From a virus, in IMG/VR virus record IMGVR_UViG_3300028392_000060, positions 1 through 64,000 of that record: a stretch of DNA of 64,000 nucleotides; one strand, given 5' to 3'. Positions 24,418 through 33,544 of this stretch are shown in pieces; the stretch's first letter is position 1, and every line of letters begins with the position of its first letter. The notes beneath the pieces were generated by a model that saw only the letters and a list, made by a program, of their open reading frames with translations, made no database searches and was not told the origin of the DNA. The position numbers and the translations under genes are program-made.

Positions 24418-24909
24418 TCACTGATAAATTAATCTAAATGCTAAATCTTTAGGCGTAACAAGTGCATGTTTCTTTTCTGAAACTTTAACTCCCCCGACAG
24501 AATATGCCCATGCTACTAATTGTGAACAAATTACTGAATTTTCATTTTCTGCTCTTTTAATTAAATTAGGTAATACTTTAAGCCCAATAGATTTAACTCC
24601 TAATACAAATATTGACCATTTGCCATATCTATCACCTACAAAGCCTTTTGCTCTTTCTACAATTCTTTGTCTTTGTTCAAATGGAGTAATAAATTTTTCA
24701 TGTTGATTCCAAGCTATTTGATATCCATCATATTTAGAAAGATCAGAAATTGTTACTCCCTGCGGACGTGCCTCAATAATTTTTCCATCTCCTATATATA
24801 TACCTGCATGATTCCAATCTGAAAATGTTCCAATTCTAATTAACATTCCTACAAGTCCATGCGTCTTAACTACAAAGTAGTCCCCCGCAATTGGTGTATA
24901 TTTATTCAT
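24418..24909 (-). CDS. permuted papain-like (YiiX/YebB, NlpC/P60) amidase
   Basis: WNHAGIYIG precedes ICSQLVAWAY; VTPKDL. Confidence 0.8.
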   Translation of the reverse strand: MNKYTPIAGDYFVVKTHGLVGMLIRIGTFSDWNHAGIYIGDGKIIEARPQGVTISDLSKYDGYQIAWNQHEKFITPFEQRQRIVERAKGFVGDRYGKWSIFVLGVKSIGLKVLPNLIKRAENENSVICSQLVAWAYSVGGVKVSEKKHALVTPKDLAFRLIYQ

Positions 24910-25141
24910 TTTCTACTTCCTTAATTTTATTTAATATATTTTCATATAATTGTAGTCCAACAACTTGTTCATACCCACATGCTGTACAGTATAGCATAAT
25001 TTTATCATCTTGATCTTTATGATTAAGCCAATAAATTACATCTGTAAATCCATAATCTTCTTTATGTCCAGGGCAAGCGAGAGGTTTTACCCTACCCGCC
25101 TGCGCTAGATTATAATACTGAGAAAATATTTGAATTCTCAT
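24902..25141 (-). CDS. hypothetical Zn-binding protein
   Basis: CPGH...CTACGY. Confidence 0.7.
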   Translation of the reverse strand: MRIQIFSQYYNLAQAGRVKPLACPGHKEDYGFTDVIYWLNHKDQDDKIMLYCTACGYEQVVGLQLYENILNKIKEVENE

Positions 25142-25812
25142 CAGTATGCTATGTTTGCTTTTCTAAATACAGATGTGACATATTGGTATACCGTAGGATT
25201 TCCAGGAACTGGTTTGTTCCAAGATCCAATATCACCCGCTCTTGATGGATATAGATGTGCTGCAACTGCTTTTCTCCAGTCTTGATACTTTGCATAAGAA
25301 GCTTTTAATTCGCCAATCATGCGTTTATCTTGTACCCATTCTGGTGCATCACAGGCGCTTTTATAGCCCATATAGTTATTCCATGATACGTTCATATATT
25401 GAAATGCTCCACATGCACTACTGGAATAAGACTTGCGATAATATGCTCCAACTCCGCCAGTTTCTTGGCTCTTGATTGCATTCGCTAGTCTTGAAATTAT
25501 TACCCTGTTGTCTACTCTTTGTTTTAGATTTAGCTTTATGCTATATGAGGGCATTGTAAAAGTTGAACCATCTGTTAAATCGTTTACACGATAAACAACA
25601 TTCTTCTTTTTACTGATATCAATATTTATAGCGTTCTTAATATTAACTAAGTTTATATATTTATTGATATACAATATATCGCTGCTGTACGATATAGTTG
25701 GTGCTGTTAGCGCATGGGCTTGTTCAGAATCTAATCCAAACATCAATGTAAGAATACTTACACATATCATAGTCCATACTGTTCTTATCCTTGCTTTGTT
25801 CATATTATTCAT
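25141..25812 (-). CDS. membrane-anchored lysozyme-like/lytic transglycosylase
   Basis: N-terminal TM/signal; IKSQETGG (catalytic Glu), ACGAFQY, APEWVQD; SD GGAGGT. Confidence 0.75.
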   Translation of the reverse strand: MNNMNKARIRTVWTMICVSILTLMFGLDSEQAHALTAPTISYSSDILYINKYINLVNIKNAINIDISKKKNVVYRVNDLTDGSTFTMPSYSIKLNLKQRVDNRVIISRLANAIKSQETGGVGAYYRKSYSSSACGAFQYMNVSWNNYMGYKSACDAPEWVQDKRMIGELKASYAKYQDWRKAVAAHLYPSRAGDIGSWNKPVPGNPTVYQYVTSVFRKANIAY

Positions 25813-25920
25813 ATGTACCTCCTGGGGTAAAGAGTAGAGCTTAATCGTACCATGTATTAAAATTCATGTCAAGGTTTACGCTTGTTAGACATGTACAATA
25901 ATAGTATGATACAATCAGGA

Positions 25921-26046
25921 TAGGTTTGTGGGGGCTTTTCACTAGAACTCATAATGATGGAAATATTTTTCCAGATTTGTTTGGTGAAGCACTCTTTCTC
26001 TAATTTTTCAATTTTTGAAAATGAGGGGAGGGGGAGCTTTGCCTAG
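25921..26046 (+). ncRNA. candidate structured ncRNA
   Basis: Own promoter TAGACA-N18-TACAAT; nested stems rich in G-U pairs; no convincing ORF. Confidence 0.4.
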
Positions 26047-26145
26047 AATCTTTAAATCAGGAAATAATTATTTAAAATAAATTTAATATATATAATATGA
26101 TTATATTTCTAAAATGCTATACTTAGTTTTGTTGGAAGGTTTTAA

Positions 26146-27144
26146 TTGAAAATTTCATTTACTGGTGCTCCAGAATATATGGATCGTAATGTTGGTTACG
26201 GAGAAGCATCATGGCAAATATGGAAAGAATTTGAAAAACAAGGAATAGAATGCCTTATTGGTTCGCCAAAAGCTAAAATTGGAATTTCTTTTATTCAACC
26301 TCAAATGTATAGATTTGGTAAAGCTCAATATAAAATTGGATATAGTCCATGGGAATCAACTGAAATTCCAGATGTATGGAAACCAAATCTTATAAATGGT
26401 ATAGATGAATTATGGACAACTTCTCCATGGTGTGCAGATATTTTAAAAAATTTTACTTCAAAGCCAATTTTTGTTTATGAACACGGTATTAATGATAATT
26501 GGGTGCCTTTAAAAAGAAATATCAATCCTTCCCGCCCATTTAGATTTTTACATATAGGAGAGCCGTATTTTAGAAAAGATGCTCAAAGAGTAGTAGAAGC
26601 ATTTATTAATACTTTTGGAGACGATCCAAATTATGAATTAATTTTAAAATGTACAAGAATGAACACAACTAGAATTTCAGATCCTGTAACTGGAAAAATT
26701 CAAGGTTCTCCAGGAGCATTTTATAAAAATATTAAAACTATTGAAGGAATGCTTACAACAGAACAAATGAATGGTCTATATGATTTATGTGATGTTTTTG
26801 TTTACCCATCTTGGGGAGAAGGATTTGGTTTAAATCCACTTCAAGCAATGGCAAAAGGGATTCCAACAATTTGCACAAAAGATTGGGCTTCTTATTCAAG
26901 ATACATTACTATGCCTTTAAATTCAGAATTAGTTCCGTCTCCTTGGCCCAATTTACATCCTGGCAATATGTATAAATCTAATTTTGAACAGATTATGTTT
27001 TACATGAAAGACGTATCTGAAAACTACGATAAATACAGCGACTTATCTTACAAAAATGCATTTTTAATTCATAAAGATTATAATTGGAATAAAGTTACCA
27101 AACCAGCAATTCAAAGGTTAAAAAAAATACATGAAAATTTATAA
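26146..27144 (+). CDS. GT4-family glycosyltransferase
   Basis: YSPWEST, DELWTTS, RKD, CDVFVYPSWGEGFGLNPLQAMAKG. Confidence 0.9.
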   Translation: MKISFTGAPEYMDRNVGYGEASWQIWKEFEKQGIECLIGSPKAKIGISFIQPQMYRFGKAQYKIGYSPWESTEIPDVWKPNLINGIDELWTTSPWCADILKNFTSKPIFVYEHGINDNWVPLKRNINPSRPFRFLHIGEPYFRKDAQRVVEAFINTFGDDPNYELILKCTRMNTTRISDPVTGKIQGSPGAFYKNIKTIEGMLTTEQMNGLYDLCDVFVYPSWGEGFGLNPLQAMAKGIPTICTKDWASYSRYITMPLNSELVPSPWPNLHPGNMYKSNFEQIMFYMKDVSENYDKYSDLSYKNAFLIHKDYNWNKVTKPAIQRLKKIHENL

Positions 27145-27207
27145 AATTTTGATTTTAAAACAATCAGTATGATACACTTAAGATCTTAATCTAAAAAACC
27201 TAGGAGC

Positions 27208-29145
27208 ATGATGTCTAACACTATTAAAAACCCATATGAAAATTTTATTGCACTTTCTCGCTACGCCCGTTGGCTAGAAGAAGAAAATCGTCGTGAAACT
27301 TGGGGTGAAACAGTAGACCGATACTTTAAGTTTATGGTTATACAGTTACGTGAAAAACATGGGTATGTTCCTAATGATAAAATTCTTACAGAATTGCGTG
27401 ATGCAGTTTTTAATCGTAATGTAATGCCATCAATGCGTTCTGTAATGACAGCAGGAGTAGCGTTAGAAAGAGAAAATGTTTCTGGATATAACTGTGCATT
27501 TCTTCCAGTAGATAATGCTAGATCATTTGATGAAGCTATGTATATCTTAATGTGTGGAACTGGTGTTGGATTTTCTGTTGAGTATAAGTATATTAATAAA
27601 CTCCCGCCACTTCCTGAAACGCTTGAAAAATCTTCTACTACAGTTATTGTAGGAGATTCAAAAGAAGGTTGGGCAAAAGCATATCGTGAATTTTTAGGAT
27701 TACTTTGGGCAGGACAAATTCCACAAATTGATGTTAGTAAAGTTCGCCCTGCAGGTGCACGTCTTAAAACAATGGGCGGAAGATCATCTGGTCCACAACC
27801 ATTGGTTAATCTTTTTGATTTTACAGTACAAATATTTAAGGGAGCGCTTGGTCGCAGCCTTAAACCAATTGAATGTCATGACATTATGTGTAAAGTTGGA
27901 GAGGTTGTAGTTGTTGGCGGTGTTCGTCGTTCTGCAATGATATCTCTTTCAAATATAAACGATATTGAAATGGCAGCAGCAAAATCTGGAAATTGGTGGG
28001 AAAAAAATTCTCAAAGATCTTTGTCAAATAATTCAGTTGCATATTCTCGCAAACCAGAAATGGCTCAATTTATTGCAGAATGGAAATCTTTATATGATTC
28101 TAAATCAGGAGAAAGAGGGATTTATAATGTTGCCGCAGCACAATCTCAAGCCGCAAAATATGGAAGAAGAAGTGCTGATATACATTATGGAACTAACCCA
28201 TGTTCTGAAATTATTTTAAGACCATATCAATTTTGTAATCTTTCAGAAGTTGTTCTTCGTGAAAAAGATACAGTTGATGATGTTGCAAATAAAGTTCGTC
28301 TTGCATCTATTTTGGGTACATGGCAATCAACACTTACAGACTTTAAATACATTCGTAAAATTTGGAAAGACAATACAGAAGAAGAACGTTTACTTGGAGT
28401 TTCTTTAACTGGCCAATTTGGGCATAAGTTTTTTTCAGGACAAGAGGGAACAGAAAAACTTTCTTTAGTACTTGACAGACTTCGTATGCTTGCGGTTGAA
28501 ACAAATGTTGAAGAAGCAGAGAAAATTGGGATTCCATCTTCAGCAGCAGTAACTTGTGTTAAACCATCAGGCACAGTATCTCAATTGGTCGGGGTAAGTT
28601 CAGGAATGCACCCATGGCATTCAGATTATTATATTAGAACTGTAAGAGGTTCTAAAAATGATCCTATTTCACAATTTTTAAAAGACTCTGGAATTCCAAC
28701 AGAAGATGATGTAATGAAACCAAATGAAACATATGTATTTTCATTTCCAGTAAAATCTCCATCACATGCTATTACTAGAAATAAATTAACAGCATTACAA
28801 CAACTTGAAATTTGGCTAACATATCAAAGACATTGGTGTGAACACAAACCATCTATAACCGTATCTGTAAAAGAAGAAGAATGGATGGAAGTAGGCGCTT
28901 GGGTTTATAAGCATTTTGATGAAGTTTCTGGAATATCATTTTTACCATATTCTGAGCATACATATGTTCAAGCTCCTTATCAAGAAATTGAAAAAGAACA
29001 ATACTTGGCTCTTGAAGAAAAAATGCCTAAAAATATTGATTGGAATGCATTGTCTTTATACGAACTGGAAGATTCTACAACTGGGTCTCAAGCTCTAGCT
29101 TGCGTAAGCGGAGAATGTGAAATTGTAGATATTGGTCAAAATTGA
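27208..29145 (+). CDS. nrdJ: class II (adenosylcobalamin) ribonucleotide reductase
   Basis: SRYARW...RRETW, MPSMR, YNC, GGVRRSA, TNPCSEI, CNLSE, CVKPSGT, C-terminal CVSGEC; no small subunit adjacent. Confidence 0.93.
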   Translation: MMSNTIKNPYENFIALSRYARWLEEENRRETWGETVDRYFKFMVIQLREKHGYVPNDKILTELRDAVFNRNVMPSMRSVMTAGVALERENVSGYNCAFLPVDNARSFDEAMYILMCGTGVGFSVEYKYINKLPPLPETLEKSSTTVIVGDSKEGWAKAYREFLGLLWAGQIPQIDVSKVRPAGARLKTMGGRSSGPQPLVNLFDFTVQIFKGALGRSLKPIECHDIMCKVGEVVVVGGVRRSAMISLSNINDIEMAAAKSGNWWEKNSQRSLSNNSVAYSRKPEMAQFIAEWKSLYDSKSGERGIYNVAAAQSQAAKYGRRSADIHYGTNPCSEIILRPYQFCNLSEVVLREKDTVDDVANKVRLASILGTWQSTLTDFKYIRKIWKDNTEEERLLGVSLTGQFGHKFFSGQEGTEKLSLVLDRLRMLAVETNVEEAEKIGIPSSAAVTCVKPSGTVSQLVGVSSGMHPWHSDYYIRTVRGSKNDPISQFLKDSGIPTEDDVMKPNETYVFSFPVKSPSHAITRNKLTALQQLEIWLTYQRHWCEHKPSITVSVKEEEWMEVGAWVYKHFDEVSGISFLPYSEHTYVQAPYQEIEKEQYLALEEKMPKNIDWNALSLYELEDSTTGSQALACVSGECEIVDIGQN

Positions 29146-29173
29146 TATAATATAAAAGCACACCGATCCGCAT

Positions 29174-29204
29174 AATCCCGCCCACTTCCACGGGGCGGGA
29201 TTTT
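29174..29204 (+). terminator. intrinsic terminator
   Basis: AATCCCGCCC...GGGCGGGATT followed by a U-tract. Confidence 0.8.
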
Positions 29205-29267
29205 CTATGTTTTATAACCTTTAAATGGTAGAATGACTATATAAATCTTTACATATGAGGTGCATAA

Positions 29268-29612
29268 ATGGCAATTCAAGAAATTAATTATGATGTTATT
29301 CAAAATGATACATGGTCTGTTGATATAACCGTTAAAGATTCAACTGGAACATTGATAAATTTTAGTGGATATAACTTCTTAATGGAAGTAAGAGATAGAG
29401 AAGGCGGGAATGTTCTTTGTGCTTCTGCTAGTCTAGGTAATGGAATAACAGTTACTGGAACAGGCATAATTCATGTTGAATTAACCCCCGCTCAAACAAA
29501 TAAATTTAATTTACCAAAATCTAAATATCAAATCATATCCATAGACGGAAGTTCAAGACGCAGAACTCTTGTTCAAGGATGGTTTCAAGTTAGGGCTAAT
29601 ACAATAATATAA
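29268..29612 (+). CDS. virion structural protein (BppU N-terminal-like)
   Basis: Beta-rich; IHVELTPAQT, YQI...LVQG; heads the tail-fibre cluster. Confidence 0.55.
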   Translation: MAIQEINYDVIQNDTWSVDITVKDSTGTLINFSGYNFLMEVRDREGGNVLCASASLGNGITVTGTGIIHVELTPAQTNKFNLPKSKYQIISIDGSSRRRTLVQGWFQVRANTII

Positions 29613-30265
29613 TGACAGATAATATTTATGTTACTCAACAAAATAATGAAATAACTGTTACAGAATCTAATAATGAAGTAATAGTAGCAACCTCTGGGTA
29701 TCAAGGAGCAAAAGGCTCACAGATATTAACTGGAAATGGTGCTCCATCTTCAAGCCTAGGACTTCAAGGAGACTTTTATATTGATAAAAGTTCTTATTAT
29801 GTTTATGGTCCAAAAATATCAAATACACAATGGGATTATACTCCAGCTATAAGCTTGGCTGGAACAAATGGAAAATCATTTTTAACGGGTTCTGGTGCAC
29901 CAGCACAATCTCTTGGTAGCAACGGAGATAGCTATTTAAATACTTCAACTGGAGACCTTTATTTAAAATCTTCACCAATAGATTTTTCTCAAGGAACTTG
30001 GTCAATAACTACAAATATCATTAATCCCGCAAGAATTTCTTTTGTTTTTGAACAACAAAGTGCCTCAAAGGGCGGAAGGACGCCAGCAGATGGCGGGACT
30101 GGTAATGGAGGCTGGTATGTATACCATAACTTAGGCTATAAACCAGCCGTTACAATTTCAGATTATGGAAATAATAATGTAGAATGTGATATAGAGCATG
30201 TAAATGTTAATTTACTTATACTTACTTTTTCAACAAGCATATCTGGTTACGCATACTGCTCATAA
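29612..30265 (+). CDS. minor tail/fibre protein
   Basis: Two G.GAP...LG..GD.Y repeats; C-terminal HNLGYKPAV. Confidence 0.65.
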   Translation: MTDNIYVTQQNNEITVTESNNEVIVATSGYQGAKGSQILTGNGAPSSSLGLQGDFYIDKSSYYVYGPKISNTQWDYTPAISLAGTNGKSFLTGSGAPAQSLGSNGDSYLNTSTGDLYLKSSPIDFSQGTWSITTNIINPARISFVFEQQSASKGGRTPADGGTGNGGWYVYHNLGYKPAVTISDYGNNNVECDIEHVNVNLLILTFSTSISGYAYCS

Positions 30266-30290
30266 AAAAAATAAATAGGGGAACAAATAA

Positions 30291-33017
30291 ATGGCAAAAG
30301 TATTTTTAACAAATATAAATCTTAAAGGTAATCAGCTTTTAAATGCTGTACTTGCTCCAGGATCTCAACCAACTGGTTTAGCGGCTGGTCAAGTTTATTA
30401 TAATACTACATCAAATCTCCTATACACATACAATGGAAGCGCCTGGAACCCTGTTAATGGCGGTATAATTACTGGTGGTTCAACATTTTATGGTGTAACA
30501 ACACTTGCAGGAACTTCAAATCAAATTACTTTAACACCTTCTGGATCAACCCCATCTGGAACAGTTACTTTTTCTATCCCCTCTGCATTTACATTTCCAG
30601 GAACAGCGGCATTAACATCAGGTAACACATTAACATTAGGCGCATCAACAACAGCAGGAGCATCATTAAATATGCCTGCAGGTTCTGCACCAACTACACC
30701 AAATACTGGTGATGCATGGCTTACAGCTTCAGGATTAAATATTCGTTATGGTGGAACTCCAGCAAACCATACACTTGCAGATCTTGATACAACACAAACT
30801 TTAACTAATAAAACTTTAACATCTCCATCGCTAACAACACCAACTGTTGGATCAGCGGGAGCAAACTTTGCAGGATCAACTTCAGGTAACACAACACTTG
30901 CAGCATCCGCAATTGCTTCAGGAACACTTACACTTCCTGCAACAACTGATACTCTTGTAGGTGCAGCATTTACACAAACCCTTACAAACAAAACTTTAAC
31001 ATCCCCAACATTAACAACCCCAGCAATTGGTTCAGGTGGCCTTACACTTGCAGGCTCAACATCTGGAACTATCACAGTGGTTCCACAAACAGGTATCGTA
31101 TCTGGAACAATTACAGTTCCTTCGGTTGCATCAACTGACACTGTAGCACTTGTTGGACTTGCTCAAACACTTACAAATAAGACTTTAACTGCACCAACAA
31201 TTAATGGTGGTACTCACACAGCAGTTACTTCTCTTGGAATAAGAGACACATCTGCTGCATTTGATGTAACGCTTGCTGCATCTTCATCTGTAGCATTAAC
31301 TGCTGGAAGAACATTAACTCTTGATCTTCAAAATGCTGCAAGAACAGTATCACTTGCTGGAAATATTTCACTTGCTGGTAATTTAACTACAGCAGGTGCA
31401 TTTACAACTGCAGGTGCTTTTGGACTTACACTTACAGCAACAAATACTACAAATGCTACAATTCCAGCGGGAACTGTAACACTTGTTGATCTTGCTTCAT
31501 CTCAAGCATTAACAGGTAAGACTTATAACGGTCTTTCATTAACATCAAATGCAACTGGATTCTCAATTGCTGGCGGAACTACATCAAAGACTCTTACTGC
31601 TAATAACTCTCTAACATTAGCTGGTACAGATTCAACAACAATTACATTCCCATCAGCTAACCTATCATTCTCATTACCTACAGCTACAGCAACTACATTA
31701 AATATACCAGCTACTGGTACAGTATCTTTAGTTGATCTTTCAACATCTCAATCTCTTACTAATAAAACAATTAGTGGATTAACAGTATCTACAACAACTG
31801 GTACTTTGACAATTCCAAATGGTACAACTCTTGCGCTTTCAGGTGCAAATAACCTTACATTTACAACAACAGGTGCTACAAACGTAACATTGCCTACAAC
31901 TGGCACAATTGCTACACTTGCTGGTACTGAAACACTTACAAATAAAACTCTTACTACCGCAACACTTGGCTCAGCCCTTGCTGCAGGTGGATTTAAGATT
32001 ACAGGTCTTGCAGATCCAACATCTGCTCAAGATGCTGCAACTAAGGCTTACGTAGATGCATCAACTCAAGGACTTAACGTTCATGATGCTGTAAAGTATG
32101 CAACAACAACCAGTTTAACTGCAACATATGCTAATGGAACTTCAGATGCTAGCCAGGGACTTGGAGTAGGTGCAACACTTACTAACTCAGGAACTCAAGC
32201 AGCATTTGTTATTGATACAAAGACTGTAGTTGTTGGAGACAGAATTCTTGTTAAAAATCAAGCAACTGCTACTCAAAATGGTCTTTATACAGTTACAGTA
32301 GTTGGAACAGGATCAACTAACTGGATACTTACTCGTGCAACAGATGCAGATAACCATATAGCAGGACAACTTCTTGCTGGTGACTTTGTGTTTGTATCAG
32401 ATGGATCTGCAAATCTTTCAACTGGATATGTAATGTCATCACAAGGTACTGCAACAACTCCTGTAAATGGAATTAAAATTGGTACAGATAGTATTGCCTA
32501 TACACAGTTCTCTGGTACAGGTACATATTCTGCATCAAATGGCGTATTATTAACTGGTACTAACTTTACCTTTGCACCACTTACAAATGGTGGTTTGCAA
32601 ACAGCATCAGGTGGAGCATCTATCTTACTCCCAGCAAACTCAGGTTTGTCAACAACTTCTTCAGGTTTGGCAGTTGGAGTTGGAACTGGTCTTACAGTTT
32701 CAGGTTCAACAGTATCTTATTCAACTGGTACAACTACACAAACTGGATCGGGAATTACTGGAGGAGCATATACTTATGCAACACAAAAACAAGTTGCAAC
32801 AATTACGGGTAATGGAACACTAACAAGCTTTGCAGTAAACCATAACCTTAACTCTCAAGATATGACAGTTCAAGTTTATCAAACATCTGCAACTCCAGAT
32901 ACTCAATATTCTGAGGTTGAAGCTGATATTGTAAGAACTTCTACCTCTGTGGTTACAGTATCATTTGCTGCAGCCCCAGCATCTGGTGTTACTTATAACG
33001 TGGTAATGGTTGGATAA
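30291..33017 (+). CDS. long tail fibre protein
   Basis: QTLTNKTLT repeats, LADPTSAQDAATKAYVD, GDRILVKNQ...NGLY, C-terminal HNLN. Confidence 0.8.
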   Translation: MAKVFLTNINLKGNQLLNAVLAPGSQPTGLAAGQVYYNTTSNLLYTYNGSAWNPVNGGIITGGSTFYGVTTLAGTSNQITLTPSGSTPSGTVTFSIPSAFTFPGTAALTSGNTLTLGASTTAGASLNMPAGSAPTTPNTGDAWLTASGLNIRYGGTPANHTLADLDTTQTLTNKTLTSPSLTTPTVGSAGANFAGSTSGNTTLAASAIASGTLTLPATTDTLVGAAFTQTLTNKTLTSPTLTTPAIGSGGLTLAGSTSGTITVVPQTGIVSGTITVPSVASTDTVALVGLAQTLTNKTLTAPTINGGTHTAVTSLGIRDTSAAFDVTLAASSSVALTAGRTLTLDLQNAARTVSLAGNISLAGNLTTAGAFTTAGAFGLTLTATNTTNATIPAGTVTLVDLASSQALTGKTYNGLSLTSNATGFSIAGGTTSKTLTANNSLTLAGTDSTTITFPSANLSFSLPTATATTLNIPATGTVSLVDLSTSQSLTNKTISGLTVSTTTGTLTIPNGTTLALSGANNLTFTTTGATNVTLPTTGTIATLAGTETLTNKTLTTATLGSALAAGGFKITGLADPTSAQDAATKAYVDASTQGLNVHDAVKYATTTSLTATYANGTSDASQGLGVGATLTNSGTQAAFVIDTKTVVVGDRILVKNQATATQNGLYTVTVVGTGSTNWILTRATDADNHIAGQLLAGDFVFVSDGSANLSTGYVMSSQGTATTPVNGIKIGTDSIAYTQFSGTGTYSASNGVLLTGTNFTFAPLTNGGLQTASGGASILLPANSGLSTTSSGLAVGVGTGLTVSGSTVSYSTGTTTQTGSGITGGAYTYATQKQVATITGNGTLTSFAVNHNLNSQDMTVQVYQTSATPDTQYSEVEADIVRTSTSVVTVSFAAAPASGVTYNVVMVG

Positions 33018-33081
33018 TATTTAAAGTAGTACAATTGGGGGTGGGACTAAACATCCTGCCCCTTTTTAATATAGGAGAAAA

Positions 33082-33543
33082 ATGACAAAGCAGTTTAAAG
33101 TATCCATACAGGTACCGTCTATTTCAATTATTGATGGTACTTCAAGTCAATATCTTATGGCTGATGGATCCACAACCACAACCACTTCAAGTTATACTGC
33201 CCCAGATATTATTCCGTTAGATAATTTACAATATGAATTTGATGGAGTTGGATCAAGATTCTATCCAAAAAATGCAGGAATAGTTCAAACTATTACTAAC
33301 CCTTTTAAGCTTTTATTGACCTTAAATGGTATAATACAAAGTGTAAGCTTTCAGGAAGTTGTTTGGGGAACTCCATTCAGTTATGATGGCTTTACAATAG
33401 ATTCAGATGGCTACATTGCATTTTCTGAAGCACCACCAGCAGGTTCTACATTTCACGCAAGAGTAATGGCGGGACCTACAACACAAAGCAGTACAAATAC
33501 TTATCCATTCAAAGCAATGGACATTTTACTAGGAGCATATTAA
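33082..33543 (+). CDS. virion structural protein
   Basis: FDG....F, LNGIIQ, IAFSEAPPAGS beta-sandwich pattern. Confidence 0.6.
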   Translation: MTKQFKVSIQVPSISIIDGTSSQYLMADGSTTTTTSSYTAPDIIPLDNLQYEFDGVGSRFYPKNAGIVQTITNPFKLLLTLNGIIQSVSFQEVVWGTPFSYDGFTIDSDGYIAFSEAPPAGSTFHARVMAGPTTQSSTNTYPFKAMDILLGAY

Positions 33544-33544
33544 T

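Noticed and set aside
25813-25880. c-di-AMP riboswitch ahead of the transglycosylase (as for actinobacterial rpf genes)
   Set aside because: The TTGACA-N17-TACGAT promoter leaves only about 25-30 nt of leader and no riboswitch core is present
27208-29145. Intein or intron in the RNR gene
   Set aside because: Length and continuous motifs fit an uninterrupted class II enzyme
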